Shown: in pieces, positions 63,239-64,000 of the stretch
Layout of the letters: every line of letters begins with the position of its first letter
Position numbering within the stretch: the first letter of the stretch is position 1
Assembly: GCA_040905045.1 (NCBI GenBank)
Contig: JBBDSH010000050.1
Coordinates: 7,698-71,697, forward strand
Direction: 5' to 3'
DNA: 64,000 bases
Origin: Gammaproteobacteria bacterium
GTDB lineage: Bacteria > Pseudomonadota > Gammaproteobacteria > Eutrophobiales > Eutrophobiaceae
Notes under the pieces: model-generated
The model's input: only the letters and a program-made list of their open reading frames with translations
What the model was told of the DNA's origin: nothing
Databases searched by the model: none
Translations under genes and position numbers: made by a program

Positions 63239-64000
63239 TCATTGCGCCAATTCGGACAGGCGCGCATGAAACGGACCGTCCTTCATCAGATCCAGGCTAC
63301 GTGCCAGACGCCGGCGGTCGTCTTGCCGTGGCAGGTCCCTGAGCGCCGTGAAGATTCTTTCCACCTGATCATCTTTGACTGTCCCGACGAGCGGCTGGCC
63401 CAATCCCATGATGTATTTGGCACGCTGCAAATCGGCGAATTGTGCCGGGTCGTCCTGCATGGCATTGAAGAGTCTCGTCACTGCCTGTTGCGCCTGTGTC
63501 ATTTCGTCCCAGTCTTCGCCGGCGGCGGCATCCAGTATGTGAAAATACTGGTATACCGCCAATGACATCAGCCCGGAAGTGATGCCGACGCGCTGGCGCC
63601 CCTTTTCATCGTAATCCGGCCCTTCGCGCAGGGCACGGCCCAGGTGCGGGTCCCAGCCCTGTACAATCTTGAGATGTTTGATGCCGGGATGTGCCAGAAA
63701 ACGCGCCGTACTGGCCTCGTAATCGGCCTCGGTAATCTTGACGGCAACGATGTGATCACCGCCCGGTACGGCACAGAGACGCGCCGCCGCCTCCGCTGTC
63801 AGCGGCAGGCCGCTGACGTCGGGAATCGAATAAAGTCCGATGGCCAGTCCGCGCGAGGCGGCGGCTTCGATGAGCGGGGCGAGATTGTCTGTCACCTGTT
63901 CGGTACCGGCATCGGCGGGAAGATTGGTGCCCGGCCGCAGGAATACCACCGGATAACCCGCCCCGGCCAATAAATCCAGTAATCCGGCATTGGCGGCCAC
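63239..64000 (-). CDS. hypothetical protein (possibly DapA/aldolase-like), 5'-truncated by the window end
   Basis: The ORF runs off the window, and IVAVKITE could be the Schiff-base lysine region of a class I aldolase; the assignment is weak. Confidence 0.25.
   Translation of the reverse strand: MAANAGLLDLLAGAGYPVVFLRPGTNLPADAGTEQVTDNLAPLIEAAASRGLAIGLYSIPDVSGLPLTAEAAARLCAVPGGDHIVAVKITEADYEASTARFLAHPGIKHLKIVQGWDPHLGRALREGPDYDEKGRQRVGITSGLMSLAVYQYFHILDAAAGEDWDEMTQAQQAVTRLFNAMQDDPAQFADLQRAKYIMGLGQPLVGTVKDDQVERIFTALRDLPRQDDRRRLARSLDLMKDGPFHARLSELAQ

Overview
This is a roughly 62% GC chromosomal window with a gammaproteobacterial (Pseudomonas-like) gene order: aspS - yebC - ruvC-ruvA-ruvB - ybgC-tolQ-tolR-tolA-tolB-pal-cpoB - queE - queC. 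Flanking genes include cfa, tRNA-Lys, fmdB-like, DUF502, tspO and a methyltransferase. The backbone is interrupted twice. First, a ~5.5 kb island sits between aspS and yebC: NrtR-like Nudix regulator + nadA, an alpha/beta hydrolase flanked by inverted repeats, a GGCT-like protein, a PGPGW membrane protein and an orphan SPASM radical-SAM enzyme. Second, a complete 38.4 kb Mu-like transposable prophage occupies 16533..54947. It has 5'-TG..CA-3' termini, inward-facing repeated ~17-bp end motifs and a 5-bp target-site duplication (GGACG), and it landed inside a ~220-bp MITE between tolR and tolA, splitting the tol-pal operon. The prophage has Mu-type early and head genes: c-like repressor, Ner-like protein, MuA-like DDE transposase, MuB-like ATPase, Gam, GemA, Mor, DUF3486 small terminase, large terminase, DUF935 portal, MuF, I-like protease/scaffold, gp36 and G-like proteins. 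Its tail is siphovirus/lambda-like: a 701-aa tape measure, a G/GT chaperone pair with a -1 frameshift site, an L-like protein and a truncated J-like protein. Its most notable cargo is a complete BPP-1-type diversity-generating retroelement (DGR): an Mtd-like C-type-lectin tail protein whose C-terminal variable repeat differs from the template repeat almost only at template adenines, a GC-rich IMH plus downstream hairpin, avd, the template repeat and a reverse transcriptase with the IGxxxSQ motif. Other points of note are an unusual divergent two-arm prophage layout with the head module split between the two ends, a 22-nt poly-C tract in an early gene, a phage tRNA-Met, a Lom/Ail-like outer-membrane moron, several MITE/REP families and short tandem repeats. 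All calls rest on reading the sequence and the ORF track; no database search was possible.
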